Source: Glycera tridactyla
Taxonomy: Eukaryota
Direction of reading: 5' to 3'
DNA: 64,000 bases
Assembly (NCBI GenBank): GCA_965644265.1
Contig: OZ286471.1
Span: forward strand, 31,062,001 to 31,126,000
Notes under the pieces: generated by a model
Database searches by the model: none
What the model saw: the letters and a program-made list of their open reading frames with translations, nothing else
Told to the model about the DNA's origin: nothing
Made by a program: the position numbers and the translations under genes
Shown: positions 9,338 to 22,510 of the stretch, one piece after another
How the letters are laid out: every line of letters starts with the position of its first letter
Position numbering within the stretch: position 1 is the stretch's first letter

Positions 9338-9420
9338 GTAACTCTCTGAGGAATTTCTCGAGAGTCTGACTTGAAATGTGAATATCATCTCTTATCCGGA
9401 TGAATGTTGTTTTTTCACAG

Positions 9421-9599
9421 GTCTATACTTTCCAAAATACAATCCAGTGCCCTGGACCACAGTGTCGTGTGAAGAAGGGCGAGAGCATAAATTCGTATAT
9501 AATCCAAAAAATCTGGCGATTGGAAAGGAATACAAGTTCGAGACCGCCACACTGGACTGGAGGCCATGTCGAATCTATTCATTTAATGCAACATTGATG
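9421..9599 (+). CDS. Internal exon of an unidentified extracellular protein (GLYFPKYNPVPWTTVSCEEGREHKF...FNATLM), truncated by an assembly gap
   Basis: Strong acceptor ttgttttttcacag|GT; open frame to the N-run; Cys/Trp/Tyr-rich; NAT sequon. Confidence 0.6.
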
Positions 9600-9783
9600 N
9601 NNNNNNNNNNNNNNNNNNNNNNNNNNNNNNNNNNNNNNNNNNNNNNNNNNNNNNNNNNNNNNNNNNNNNNNNNNNNNNNNNNNNNNNNNNNNNNNNNNNN
9701 NNNNNNNNNNNNNNNNNNNNNNNNNNNNNNNNNNNNNNNNNNNNNNNNNNNNNNNNNNNNNNNNNNNNNNNNNNNNNNNNNNN
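9600..9783. other. Assembly gap (N-run); further gaps at 38135-38298, 40851-41041 and 45820-45991
   Basis: Runs of n; two of the four border microsatellites. Confidence 1.
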
Positions 9784-9785
9784 CG

Positions 9786-9843
9786 TTGTCGTCGTCGTCG
9801 TCATAATCGTCATCATCGCCATAGTACTCGTCATCGCCATGAC

Positions 9844-9882
<39 letters not shown>

Positions 9883-9884
9883 TG

Positions 9885-9921
<37 letters not shown>

Positions 9922-9930
9922 TAATAAATA
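9786..9930. repeat. (TCG/TCA)n and (ATA)n microsatellites
   Basis: Direct reading. Confidence 0.95.
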
Positions 9931-10555
9931 AATAACCCATTCCAAGGAGTAATTCCCAGCTCAAATCACCACACGCTACACCACCCACACCCGATCAACA
10001 ACAATCACAGACCACATCCAAACATAAGTCAATGACATCACACACACACAACCCCACCACACAATTAACACCTAACAACACCAACACTCGCCATCAACGC
10101 ATCACAATACTTCATCATCATACAGATACTGTTTTATTTGTTTTATGGTTCATATTCATCCTATACAGGATTTACACATCGCCATGCTCAGTGAAATGAC
10201 AGTGTCTCAGAGAATTGATCACATCAAATGAATATCTAATAATTATGGGGAAATTGTGGTTGATGTTTATCCCCACTACAGTCATTATGTCATATTATGT
10301 CATCAGTAGTAGATACAGGGTCATTGTGTCAGTGGCAGTACCCGCATGAATACACACAACCAACACCAATCAGCCTTTCGCTAAAGATGAGAACATTTTG
10401 AGGCTTTCTGCGTAGCAGTGTATTCAGCTCATTTCGATACATTCTGATTCTACCAGGAAGATGAACACAGGCATTCGTGTAAACCTTTTTTGGAATGATA
10501 TTTGTGGATTTTGACGTTGTGTGAGATAACAATCTGTTGGGATATTCATTTTCAG

Positions 10556-10740
10556 AGGTGGAAGATTTCGATTCGCAGACGAGCACCAACACCTACGAAA
10601 ACAACCGAGGCTTACACGGGCACTTCTTCCCGACCAGGTTTCCCATGTCCTCCGCAGGAGGTCTCCACGACAAAACAGCAATCATTACCTTAGCCATAAG
10701 CGCCATCTGTGGTATACACATCGCACTATTCCTGAGCTGA
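10556..10740 (+). CDS. Terminal exon encoding a GPI-anchor-like C-terminus
   Basis: Acceptor tattcattttcag|AG; EVEDFDSQTSTNTY...PMSSAGGLHDKTAIITLAISAICGIHIALFLS*: small-residue site, spacer, hydrophobic tail, no cytoplasmic tail. Confidence 0.65.
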
Positions 10741-12154
10741 GTTGACCGAGACTTGGGGTCAAAGCATAGTTGATCCAGGAGAGAGAGCTAAGTTAATTGC
10801 TGCCACATCTTGCATGGGAATTTACCACTCTGGTGATAAGAGCAGCAATTCCAAAAAGACAACAACAAAAGCAGCAGCAGTGACAAGTGGCGGTTTTGAT
10901 TGATTGAGCGAATGTATCCCCAAGCATCAACACCTACCCGTGTGAAGAAAAGCATTGGCTGCCATTGACCAATTTGGATTTCGCCTTTATTTTTTTGAAT
11001 CTCGCTGGAATCCTAATATTTGTTCGTGAGGAAGAGTGTAATGGATGGACAGTAAGGGTTATTTCACTCATTCACGTGATGGTATTTGATGGGATCGCGA
11101 TTGCTGAATGATAATCTTGAGAAGGACAAATCATGTGTCTTTAATTCGGTATAGTTCTCCGTAGTGATCTGATAAATGGAATTTCGATTGAATTTCGACC
11201 ATCTCTGAAAATAGATGGATACGCAATCTCTTATGATAGTAAATATATACTATGAATATTTGTAACCATGATGAATAACCTGGCTTTACTTAAACGAGTC
11301 AGTTCTATGGCTAGCTTAATGGGGAATTCTGGATAGTAGCAATCATGATAGACAGATATTTAGCAGTGTGGAATTGAAGTTAACCTACTTATTTTGTACT
11401 TTAGATCATTCCTGTAGTCCCGAATTCAGCACCCAGTGCTATTATGCGTGTCCAATGTTTAACCAACTCATTTGATTTGTGCAATAGCTTGAGTGCACCT
11501 GCGGCTACTTCTACTGGCCGTCTGGCAAGTAATGTCTAGCTCAGATGAAAATGTCATAATTTCATGTTATTACTACAAGCTGTGAAGTTGAAGTGACCCA
11601 CACTACGGAACTATACTTTGAATGAGAGATAAGGGTCAACACCAGCAAACGTGGCTTGACTGAAGGATCCTACATGATCTCTACAAATCTTTGCAGGAGT
11701 TCTCCGTGTTTAGCTGTTGTCAATTTATAGTACAGGTAGATTATTTTGTTCACGTCGAATGTTATCCTGGGAAGCGAGATTAATGTTCATTCGTTGGTAT
11801 GTGTATTATCAATTAAACAGTGGTGTTCTCAAGTGGAGAACATGGATACCTACGCTTGATTATGCAGACAGCGTGAATCAACTTTCATACAGAGTGATGC
11901 TTTGGTGAACGACATAAGAGTGCAAGGTTTCTGTGTGATGCCTTCGTCCAAGAGCATTACTCATACTGACCTTCACGAATGTATCAGGTCCGGGATGGGA
12001 GGCAGACATGCTCTATCTTCGGAGTGTTGCACGCAAGATAGTTGTGATTTGGTTGTTTGTTAAGACATACTCTTTTTGTTTGAGGTTGTTATCAGATCCA
12101 TATAAATCAGCCTCACATCAATTCGCCGTGGATGCAAACAAGTGAATTCTAGAC

Positions 12155-12880
12155 AACTAGAACTGAAATCCTGAGGATGACTAATGCCCCCAACGCAGCC
12201 CAGCTGAAGTGAATTCATGAATATCAGGAATAAAATTCAAGGTGACAGCCTCAGGTTTGGATAATATATCATCAATACGAGAAGCTGTTACATTGTATCC
12301 CTCGCAAAGGGGCTAATTTGCACATAAGATCTACGAAGGCCAATAAATCCTCCGTGTAGAGCCCACACATATAAGTACACACAAAAAAACACACACACAC
12401 ACACTCACACACATACACACAAGGGAATATGAGTGTGTGCACGTGGTTGAGGAGAGAGCAATGGAGTAGATGGATTCAAGCAAAAGTGTTACATGACACA
12501 GGTAAGAACAACAGAAGCATTGTCAATTACCAGAGAATCTTACATAAGAATGGAAGCGAAGCCAAGAGATGTGTCGTTCATCACAGGCAGGTCTTGTACC
12601 ATGAAAAGAGAGTTAATGAGACTGGTGAAGTTTGGGTGTCTCAAAAAATGCATGTAAAATCCAACAATCTGTAGTAACCCAAAGGTCGCAGGCTCAAACA
12701 GATATGCCTATGCACACCCACCACTCATGAGTAGCCCACATACCCAAAATGGGCAATGTAGCATCAATACAGTTGACACAGCGGGCACTGCCGAAAATTT
12801 TTCACAGACGGATAGACAGACAGACAGACAGACAGACGGACGGACAGACAGACAGACTGAATCTAGTACGAACCCCTAAC
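12155..12880 (+). mobile_element. Helentron-associated non-autonomous element (HINE-like), same family as 52497-54054
   Basis: 5' AACTAGAACTGAAATCCTGAGGATGACTAATGCCCCC; one partial 157-bp-type monomer (~12703-12780); (GACA/GACG)n; 3' GACTGAATCTAGTACGAACCCC. Confidence 0.65.
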
Positions 12881-13234
12881 AAGAAGGTTTCTCAAGGTTG
12901 GTTGTAGATCGATCCTTCAAGGCACTCAAGGTGCTGAAGAGTTGCGATCGTTACCGAAGGTCTGGGTTTACCATTTCATGAACATATGGCGATCTGAAAC
13001 AGCCACGTTTTCTTTTGTCTTATGGAAGCCATGCAAACTATTCAATCAGCCTACATAGTTATGAGCATCCCTAGTACATTTTGGTGTTGTGATGCGGCAT
13101 CAGACGTTCAAATTAGCGTTTTCCCAAACAAACAAGCGTGTCATGACGGGACAAACAAGACCGTGACAAGCATACTGTGCATTCATAATTAGTATGCAAA
13201 TGAGCAAAGTTGTATTCACTAGATTAGAGGCATT

Positions 13235-13476
13235 GGTTGGTTGGTTGGTTCTGGTTTAACGTCACGTCAGCACCGTCTGGGCTATATTGTGACGCCCATG
13301 CAATGGGCATGGGTGGGATCTTCCAAGACTCCTCCTTCTCGGTCCCAAACGGAAGGTGAAATTTTATGAAATTCACAATTTTTTTCACCTTCCGTTTGGG
13401 ACCCAGAACCTTCCGTTTGGGACCCAGAAGGAGGAGACTTGGGAGATCCCACCCATGCACACTGCATGTGCGTCAC
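13235..13476 (-). mobile_element. SINE-like retro-insertion with fold-back body, (AACC)n tail and 13-bp TSD
   Basis: GATTAGAGGCATT at 13222-13234 and 13477-13489; inverted arms 13289-13361 and 13383-13476; minus-strand 3' end GACGTTAAACCAGAACCAACC. Non-palindromic relatives near 19410-19695, 20150-20345, 20625-20710 and 34800-34935. Confidence 0.75.
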
Positions 13477-14509
13477 GATTAGAGGCATTAGTGGATCACT
13501 AAATGTGTTTGATTTGGTAACATGGCTTGCATCAAGCTACTGACCGGGTTCTATATAAATCAAATGGTTCGCCTTCATTTGATGTATAAAGAACCCAGTT
13601 GGGGATTAGTAAGGTTCGTGTTGTCCTATATCCACTGACATATATTCAGATAGTTCATATCATTTGTGATTGTACTTCCTTTGATGTGTATTCTAGTCTC
13701 TGATTTCAAGGAAGTCAGATGTCTGGAAGCTGTGATTGTACTTAATGTCGGTATTTATCATATCGGTGATTCCTGAATTTCACTCAGGTCACTGGACCAC
13801 TACTGGATTAATAATTCACTTATTTGTCCAGAAGCATTAATATATTATTATCATCTATTGTCATTTATTTTAGCTTCCTGAGTTGTGACCACTGTTGCGC
13901 ATCAAAGGTGTAATCCTAAGTGGGTTTTGTCAATCAATGGGTTCACCAGGTGTGTCTGAAACGTAATTCACTTTCAATTGTCAACCTGTCTGGTTCCTGT
14001 ATTCAGGGTTTGTGAGAGTAATGTCAGCGCACGTATCTTTAGCACCATATGGCTAATATTGAGACACCCATTGAATGCACATGTATTGGATCGATCAGTC
14101 AAGACTCATCTTTCTGGATCTCAAACAGGAGATGAGAATTCGCTAATTTCATGGACGTACATGGGTCATTTCTTGATATTTTCCATGAAATTCTAATTAA
14201 TCCCATGAAAATATATCCAATGTCCACAGTGGAGCTGTTCCGCTTCAGAAGTGACACGCTCTCTTGTTGGACTAGCGTTTGGATAACCCAGCATTCAGAA
14301 CAAATGGGCTGTTCCAGTTCAATCGGAGATGGGGCAATTACAAGAAGTACGTATTTATACACCCATTGAGGACTTCCACTCAATGAAAGCATGCCGGGCG
14401 AAAGTTGCCAACACATGATTTATTCATGTTAAAACAGCAAAAAATGCATGAAGAGTAGTCGATAGTGGATCTAGCTAATGTGTGTTTGCGTTTCACTGTT
14501 GTTCGATGT

Positions 14510-14700
14510 TTGTGTTTGTTTGAGGTTCAACGACATGTATCAACCCTAGGGTTATATAGGCCGTGTGTTCCTGGTTAATGAAAGTTAGAACTTCTCTCCC
14601 CTGCAGATCTCTCTCTCACAAATCCTGAACACAAGATGATGGGGATATTAATGTTCGATGTTGTGTCCTGGTTGTGACATATCTTTTTCAGCAACATGTT
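14510..14700 (-). repeat. Interspersed retro-repeat 3' end with (AAAC)n tail
   Basis: GGTTYAACGRCATGTATCAACCC...CAAACCCTGAACACAAG shared with 18585-18965, 19785-19900, 20395-20570, 21128-21470, and partly 41870-41960 and 44410-44460. Confidence 0.75.
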
Positions 14701-14784
14701 CATCTGTTTCCTTGATATTGCTTTGAGAATCACGCAGCTGATTTGGTGATTCGTGTGCTATGATTGTACACTAGGCTAGAAATG

Positions 14785-15278
14785 CGGTGGCACTGTGTGC
14801 TGTAGTGGTAGCGTCTGCACACTTGACCCAAATGTGAAAGGGCTAATCGTGGATCGAATGACCACGACAGAGGTGTTAGGATGCCTACCCTATGTCTTAA
14901 CCATACACAACATTATAGTCACAGACTACAGAAATATCCCACCCACCCTCATGCTTAGCTGAAATCAAGAAAATGGCCATGAGCTACGCACCACCATTGT
15001 TGAGTGTGAGCACCTATCTGGGGTATGAAAAATGACCCTAGGTTAGTGGTGGCACTACAATGAACGACTACAAACTAGCTAGCCTTATACCCCTCCTCAG
15101 CATACATGCACAAGCACAAAAGAGGAGGGTTAAAATTGAATCACAGGCAGCTGGTCCACCTTACCAAGATAAGTCCTGTCGGGGATAAATAGATTGCAGC
15201 TGCTCTGGAAAGATCAGAGCCATCAGGCTCTGACGGTGGTACAGGGATGCGATTGGTCAGAACAGTCAAACAAATCTG
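14785..15278 (+). mobile_element. tRNA-derived SINE (degenerate)
   Basis: A-box-like TGCTGTAGTGG and B-box-like GGATCGAATGA; body shared with 15700-16095; head shared with 52403-52470; CAAACAAA tail. Confidence 0.6.
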
Positions 15279-15699
15279 AGCATTCAGTCCAGATACCGTA
15301 TGATAGATGACAGACGATTACTATCCTACATCTCCCCATAAACCAGTGATAAACCTTGATGACGGGCATCCATGGTATTCGGGATAACTACGCATTCTAT
15401 GGATTGCTTGATTGTACGAGGCATGTGTTCTTTCTGGCAATTTCACCTGAAAAGGTCATGTGAATAATCTGGTCGAAAAAGCTAACACTTCTAGCTAATG
15501 ATCCGGACTTCTTGGTTGAGTTCCGACATCACATCTAAGCCATACGTGCTATATTGTGATGCCCATGCAATAATCTCCATGCGATAGGGGAGCTGCGTCT
15601 CCACACTTGATCAAAATGTGGAACAGCTGTGGCTGCAGCGAGTCGTGGGATGGGTGACCATGGCAGGGTGTGAGGATGCAGTGAATACCATTATGGGTG

Positions 15700-16095
15700 G
15701 ACCATACACTACACTAATAGTCACAGACTACACAAGTGGTCTGGGCCCCCCAGTGTTGAGCTCAAAACATGGAAAGAGGCATGAACTACACACCACCAAG
15801 GCTGGGTGATGGTGTGAGCGTCTGGGATCTGAAGACAATGCTCATAGTTTAGCAGTGGCGCTATAATAAGTGACTACAAAAACCAGCTACACCAATGCCC
15901 CTCCTCAGCATACACACACATGCAGGCGCAAGAGAGGAGGTTCAACATTCAATCACAGGCAGAGGGTTGCGCCTTGCCAAAATTAGATCTGTCACCCACA
16001 AATAGCTAACAGCAGCAGTGAGAAGATCAGAACCTTCAGGTTCTGACAATGGTACTGGACTGAGATCAGTCAAAACAGTCAACCAAACAAAACCA
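15700..16095 (+). mobile_element. Second copy of the same SINE body
   Basis: Shared blocks ATAGTCACAGACTACA, GTGGC.CTA.AAT, CCCCTCCTCAGCATACA, AATCACAGGCAG, AAGATCAGA.C..TCAGG.TCTGAC. Confidence 0.55.
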
Positions 16096-17842
16096 ATCTC
16101 CAGCAGCTTGAATATTGGAGAGTGTGAAGTATGGCTCATCATTCGAGTAATATGTACCTGGTTGTCGCTGATGTGATATACTTCCTGCAATTAGCAGGGA
16201 TCTATATTGACCGAACTATTCATGGGCCAACTGCCTTCAGAATTGCTAAGTCCGGTAGCATTTTCCGAATATTGGTAGCCAATCAATACATTGTCAATTG
16301 CAACCTCTCAAAATATTAGGGGCCGATTGCTACTAACTGTCAAAATATGATAGCCAGATAGTGAATTTGGTAGACATTGGCTACTCCTAGGTGGCAACCT
16401 GTATCCTTGATTAGTGTTTTAGCAGTGGCCTACTTGTGATACAGGGAGCATTTATCATATTAGGACAACAGGCTTAGTGTCAGACGCGGTGAGGATGGGC
16501 TGGCAACCTGATATGGTACCAGCTGCCCGTCTCCTCACCAACAAAATCATGCCTTTTCTTGGTTCTTTCTCTCCACATCTCCAAATTATAAATCCCTTGG
16601 AATTGATGATCCAAAACACATTCATATTGCACCATATTTCAATCCAATGAAACCATAGATGAATTACGGATCTCCCTGAATATGTAAATATGGTTGTCAT
16701 CAAAGGGGATCCCTAAGAAGTGAATTACGTCCCTGGTTGGCTTTCATACCCTACAACATCCCGAGAACAGCCTCTTCATGAACAGAATTCTGAACTGCTT
16801 TCAAGTCAGTGTGTGAAGCCAGGCAAAGTGCTGGAAAATCATCAGTTGTTGCCATCTAGTGAGTAGTGCACGCAATATCCAGTGCCCAATCCTTCCACTG
16901 GTGGCGGTGGCATGCCAGTACGCATGGGACATTTTGCACTGACCGAAGTTCAATAGTGAGGGACATCGATTGACCCAACTACAAATGGGATCTGGTGTGA
17001 TATATACCCCATATGAAGCCTAAATAATGCAGAATGTGTCGTATTCATTTCTGGAGCTGAATTACCCGAATGCCTCTAATCATCGGCAACATGCGTGAGA
17101 ATCCATTGGTACAGACATTGCCGACATCATGTGGGAAACCGAAAAGGTTTGCCAGAAACACACGAATACTCCTGTTTATAAAGAATATTCATGCGATTTA
17201 TGTTTCATCAATGGCAAAATGTGATGTAGACAGTGAATAAAAGAAAAAGTGTACCTGACGGTTGCATGTTATCTGTTCAGCTCAGTCCCATTCCTCTTTG
17301 AAAGACGTATTTCAAGCTGGTTGGTTGGTGGGCTTTGTTGCTCATTATCCAGTGGGAGCTATCAGAGCTATTGCGGACAACATTATTTAGTTCCAGAAAT
17401 TCTCACCAGTGTACCCCACTTCCTGTTTCTATCTCTGCCATAGAAATCAAGGCGTATATCGGAGAATTTGCTCAATCGGCCTTCTCAAACACCTGTATTT
17501 CCACAAATAAAAACATATTCAATGTACACAATGAGGCTGTTCTGCCTTTGAACTGACACAACCTCTCATTGGAAAAACATTCGCATAACTCCACTGCCCG
17601 AGCAACTAGGCTGCGCCAGTTTACATGACGGTGACCATAACAATAGTAGTTTCTGTATTCATAAAGCCACCGAGAGGACTATTCCCACTCAGTCGGAGTA
17701 TGCCTACACACGGTCTATCCGTAGTGGAACAGCGAAAATGCATAGAGATTGAGATGAACGAATCATATTCCGCTTCGTGGTCCTGCCATGTGAAATCACA
17801 AGGCTCTAATCCTGAGTATATGAGGGGACTTCCCATTGATAG

Positions 17843-18279
17843 AGTCTGTCAACCTTAATCGTGGCGGGTACGTTTTTCGCCCTAGCATCGCGAATTCGGT
17901 TCAGATTGTAAAGATACTTGCAGACGGACATTGTTGACATCTCCGGCGACTAGAAATGTGATCTCGGCGAGATTCCCTCGTTTATTTCACCTTAGAACGC
18001 TAAATACGTCGATTTCACGCTGGTTTCGCGGCGAGTGCGGCGGCCGTATCTCCATTGTTTCATATATAAATATTCGCCGATAATGCCGGCGGATTCGTCG
18101 TAAAAATGCAATGCAATAATGGTGTAATCCTCGTCAGAAGCATGTAGTCTAGCCGATCCCAGGTTCGATGATCGCCGGAAGACCTACACAATCTATTCGT
18201 GCCATTAAAATTGAAATCGGACAAGAAATGGCAAAGTTATCGTCAGAAACGTACCCGCCACATTTGGATTTGACAGACT
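17843..18279. mobile_element. ~437-bp MITE with ~33-bp imperfect TIRs, CpG-rich copy
   Basis: AGTCTGTCAA..GTGGCGGGTACGTTT / AAACGTACCCGCCAC..TTGACAGACT. Confidence 0.8.
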
Positions 18280-18584
18280 TTTTTCAGCTGCCATATGCTG
18301 AAACTCTCGCCATTCACCGGGACGTAAAACATGGATGGTCGGTTGCTCGCTTGTCCCCAGTGTTCTGGGCACCAGTTGGGCTATATTGAGAATCCACTCA
18401 AGACTCAATCTGTGCGGTGTACGACATGACTTCTAGAACTGAGAGGACTGGATGTATTGCTATTGACCCCTGCAGACATCACTCTCCAAAACCCAGAACA
18501 CGCAAATAAGGGGAGTTGATTTGTTGGGGTTTCAGCGTAACGTCATGCAGCTTCATGTGTGCTGTATTGTGACTTTTTCTTTCT

Positions 18585-18965
18585 TTCTTTGAGGTTTAAC
18601 GGCATGTATCAACCCGTGGGTTATGTATGCCGTGTGTTCCTGGTTAATGAAAGCTAGATGTTCTCTCCCCTGCAGAAATCACTCTCACAAACCCTGAACA
18701 CAAGTTGATGGGGAACCTGAAAGGTTGTCAAGTGTAAGTAGCTGACAGTTCAAACACACCTCTACCTAATCTGAACATATACATAATAAACCTATGATGG
18801 CATATCTAACTATATAGCTGGCTGGAAGCTGTCACTCAAGCCTGATAGCAATGCTTTTTTTCTGTGCAAAGCGCAGCACTTGACACATGGAAAAGCATTA
18901 GGTTAGGAGAATACTCAACCAAAGTGTTCAATTACAAACTGCCAACTTCAAACCAGCTTTACAAT
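18585..18965 (-). repeat. Long copy of the (AAAG/AAAC)-tailed retro-repeat
   Basis: Collinear with 21128-21470 over ~340 bp. Confidence 0.75.
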
Positions 18966-21127
18966 ATTTTTTTGCCCTATACTCGCAGTACGATGCCATC
19001 ACACATCCTAGCAACCTAGTCATCAGCCCTAGTAACCCAGAACTGGTGTGCTTGGTACCCGCTTTTTGCATAGTGACAATATCTGCAACAGGCAAACCGT
19101 TAGCTACCTACACCAGAGACCATTTCGCTGAAGAAATAAGAAGGAGCATAGAGTGATAGAAAAGAGGTGAAGAGAAAGAAACCATGGTGATAGTATAATT
19201 TTGGTAGAAATTGCCTAAAGACAGATGACAGAAAATTTGAAGGTATGTTTTCATTCAACCCCCACACCGAAAAACTATTGAGAAAAAGGGAAGGGATGAT
19301 GCTACATCTAGGCCACATCATCCCCGATGGCAACACTTCAAAGAAAATGACCCGCGCCCATTGGTGGCTGCCTTCTATAGAAACCCTGGACTCCCACCCT
19401 ACCCACTGTATTGTGACGGCAGTGCAATGAGCATAGGTGGGATCACTCGACTCCCCCTTCTAGGTCCCAAACAGAAGGTGAAAATTGTATTAATTCATCT
19501 CTGGGGAACCATAACGTCTATCAAGTGGAAGTAGATGACACCTGGGAGAGTAGGCTGGTTGATCCTTGTTTGACGACACATCAGCGCCAAATATGCTATA
19601 TCGTGACGTCCGTGCAATGGGCATGGGTGATATCGTTTGCGGCTGTTCCTTCCGGATCCCCAACGGAAAATGAAAATTTATGAAATTCGAATTCATACAC
19701 TCAATGTCTCATTAGTGAGACACACCTCTAACTTCTTGAAATGACTGATGAATCTGGATGCATTTGATTGATTGATTGGTAAAAATTTAACATGTATCAA
19801 TCCAAGGATTATGTACACTGTGTTGCTGATCTCTGCAAGCTGGATGTTGTGTCGCCGGCCGTAATCACTCTCACAAACCCTGAACACAAGATGGAAGGAA
19901 AAGTCTGGCATATGCAACTACGTAACCAGCACACTTGAAATAAATCGAGCAAACACGCAAACTATTCCAGCTTTACATAGACACAATTATTTCACAGTGG
20001 AGCACTGGTCTTTCCTCATATTCAATCGGATGTCTGTCTGATATCTCGTGAGTCATAGCTCGGCTATATTGGTAAGGTCATCCAACGACCATGGATGAGA
20101 GGAATCGACTTCTCTGGGACCCTCCTAGCGGAAGGTTAGTTGAATACAGTCCAACGTCACATCAGCACCATGTGTTATATTGTGACACCAAGCAATGTGC
20201 ATGGGTGGTTGGTTGTGGTTTAACGTCACATCAGCTCCATTTGTGCTACATTGTGACGCCCACTTAATGGACATAGGTGGGATCTTTCAAGACTTCTCCT
20301 TCTGGGTCCCCAACAGGTGGACATTTTTGAAATTCACAAACACTCGAGCTGTCATTTCTGCTATTTAAAATGTTGACCGTGGTGTTAGCCTGTAGTTTGT
20401 TTGAGGTTTAACGGCATGTATCAACTCACAGGAGTATGTATGCCGCGTGTTTCTGGTCAATGAAAGATAGATGTTCTCTCCTCTGCAGACATCACTCTCA
20501 CAAACCCTGAACACAAGATGATAGGGAACCTGAAAGGTTGTCAAGTGGAAGTAGCAGACTGTTACCCTGTGGGCATGGGACAGATTCACATGGCTTTCAC
20601 TAGGTGAATCATTTATGGCCACTGTGTTATTTGGCATGGGTGTGATGAGTGAACGCTCGTCTGTCCGGGTCCTTAATAGGTGAAATGATATGAAATTCAC
20701 AGACACTCAGGGTGTCCTTTCAGAAACCCAACCGAAAGTGAAATGAAATGGAAATCCAAGGCATATGAGTGTTATACTAGATATTTCAAATCCAGAATAC
20801 AATGTCACCCAAGGCAACCCATAGTGTGAGAATTATGGGTTGATGTCTTGGAAAAGTGCTGCTACATGGGATACAGGAGGATTATTGGATGATCTCAGTG
20901 ATACCCATTGCATGTGCGTCTCAATATTGCACAGGTATGGCCCACGAGACGGCAGACATAAAATCAACCAACCAACCTTGTTCCAAAAAAGGGAATTTTG
21001 TAATTGGTTGCAAGACTTCATAATGGGTAGAATAGAACTAACGGACATGATTGAATGGTTGCTTTAGCTTGTCAGCAGCACATGCGCTAATTTAATATAC
21101 AGATCCAATCCACATGGGGGCAGTTCG

Positions 21128-21470
21128 TTTGTTTGTTTGAGGTTTAACCGCATGTATCAACCCTAGGGTTATGTATGCCATGTGTTCCTGGTTAATGAAA
21201 ACTAGATGTTCTCTCCACCGCAGACATCACTCTCACAAACCCTGAACACACGATGATGGGGAACCTGAAAGGTTGTCAAGTGGAAGTAGCTGACTGTTCA
21301 GATACACCTCTACCTACTCTTCATGAACAAGTGAATCTAATGATGGCATATCCAACTATGTAACTGGCTGGAAGCACTTGACGCAAGGGAAAGCATTAGA
21401 TTCGGAAAATACTCGACCAATGTGTTCAATTACAAACTGTCAACTTCAAGCCAGCTTTACAATCATGGTG
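21128..21470 (-). repeat. Long copy of the (AAAC)-tailed retro-repeat
   Basis: Collinear with 18585-18965. Confidence 0.75.
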
Positions 21471-22510
21471 CATGGGGCAGGCATTGGTGATTCACGCCCA
21501 CTGTGAAAATCTAGCACATTGGACAGCTATTACCAATCAAAATGAATGATCTGTGATAACATGGTGGATCCTACTTTTACGTTTATCAAGTTGCATCAGT
21601 GACTGGCATGGGTTGGAATAAACAAAGTCCCTTACGGAGGAACATATCAAACTGCGAAGGAATATGATGAAAAGGTCTTCCCAGCGCTTGTCCTACAGTC
21701 ATGACTGCACAAATATTTTGTAAGTATGATTCAAATATTCTCGCGTGATACCATCTGTCATCACAATCATCCAGCGAAGTAGTTCCTGCGTAATGAAAAA
21801 GCAACATTGTATATTCTGTCTATATTAAAGCATTTATTGTACATATTTTGCAGAACAAAGCATATAAAACAAATATTTATTCAACGAGGGCACCGTTATA
21901 GATATGGTTTTATATAATAAATATGAAGAATATGTTACATATGTCAGATTTTAAAACATTTCTATCATTATTATTATCATTATTATTATTATCAGTAAGA
22001 GTTGTAGTGCTAGTAGTATTATCGTTGTTATTCATATTGAGAGTATGGCTGAAACTTTGACTGTGAACTCTACATATTTATTCCAAAATATTCTACCGAT
22101 GCCCTAGTTTCCATATCTACCTCCTGAGATGGTCAATCAATTGACTAACCAATTGATTGATTGATTTTATAAGAACACATTCAAAATTTGAAGTTTTGAA
22201 TCCCATTATCAACATCAGTCATGGGATGGAACGGCAACCTTTATGTTGAAAAAAAAACAATGTTCAACAGATGCTGAAAGATTCCAAATCTGCAGCATGT
22301 GATCTTCTGATTGCTCCTCACTCAGTTTGTTGGGAAATAATGAGCCCTTCTTTTCCGAGAGGTGGGTACTTTCTATAATTCAGTCATTCACACATTGTAT
22401 CGAAAACATTCATTCTGTGGTGGAAAATAGACAATGAACATAGCAGTGACGGGACTAGATTAGGACAACTTGGCAGCATTGTACCAACTGAATATCATGA
22501 GAAGTACTCA

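Noticed and set aside
12930-12965. CTGAAGA...CGAAGGTC hammerhead-like string
   Set aside because: GAAA core broken and no stem I; at best a decayed relic.
16440-17830. Fragmentary coding-like sequence (e.g. HWWRWHAST)
   Set aside because: Stops in all frames; no family motif I can support.
21590-21720. Exon-like plus-strand segment ending |gtaagt
   Set aside because: Stops in every frame after the nearest acceptor; no partner exons or SECIS evidence.
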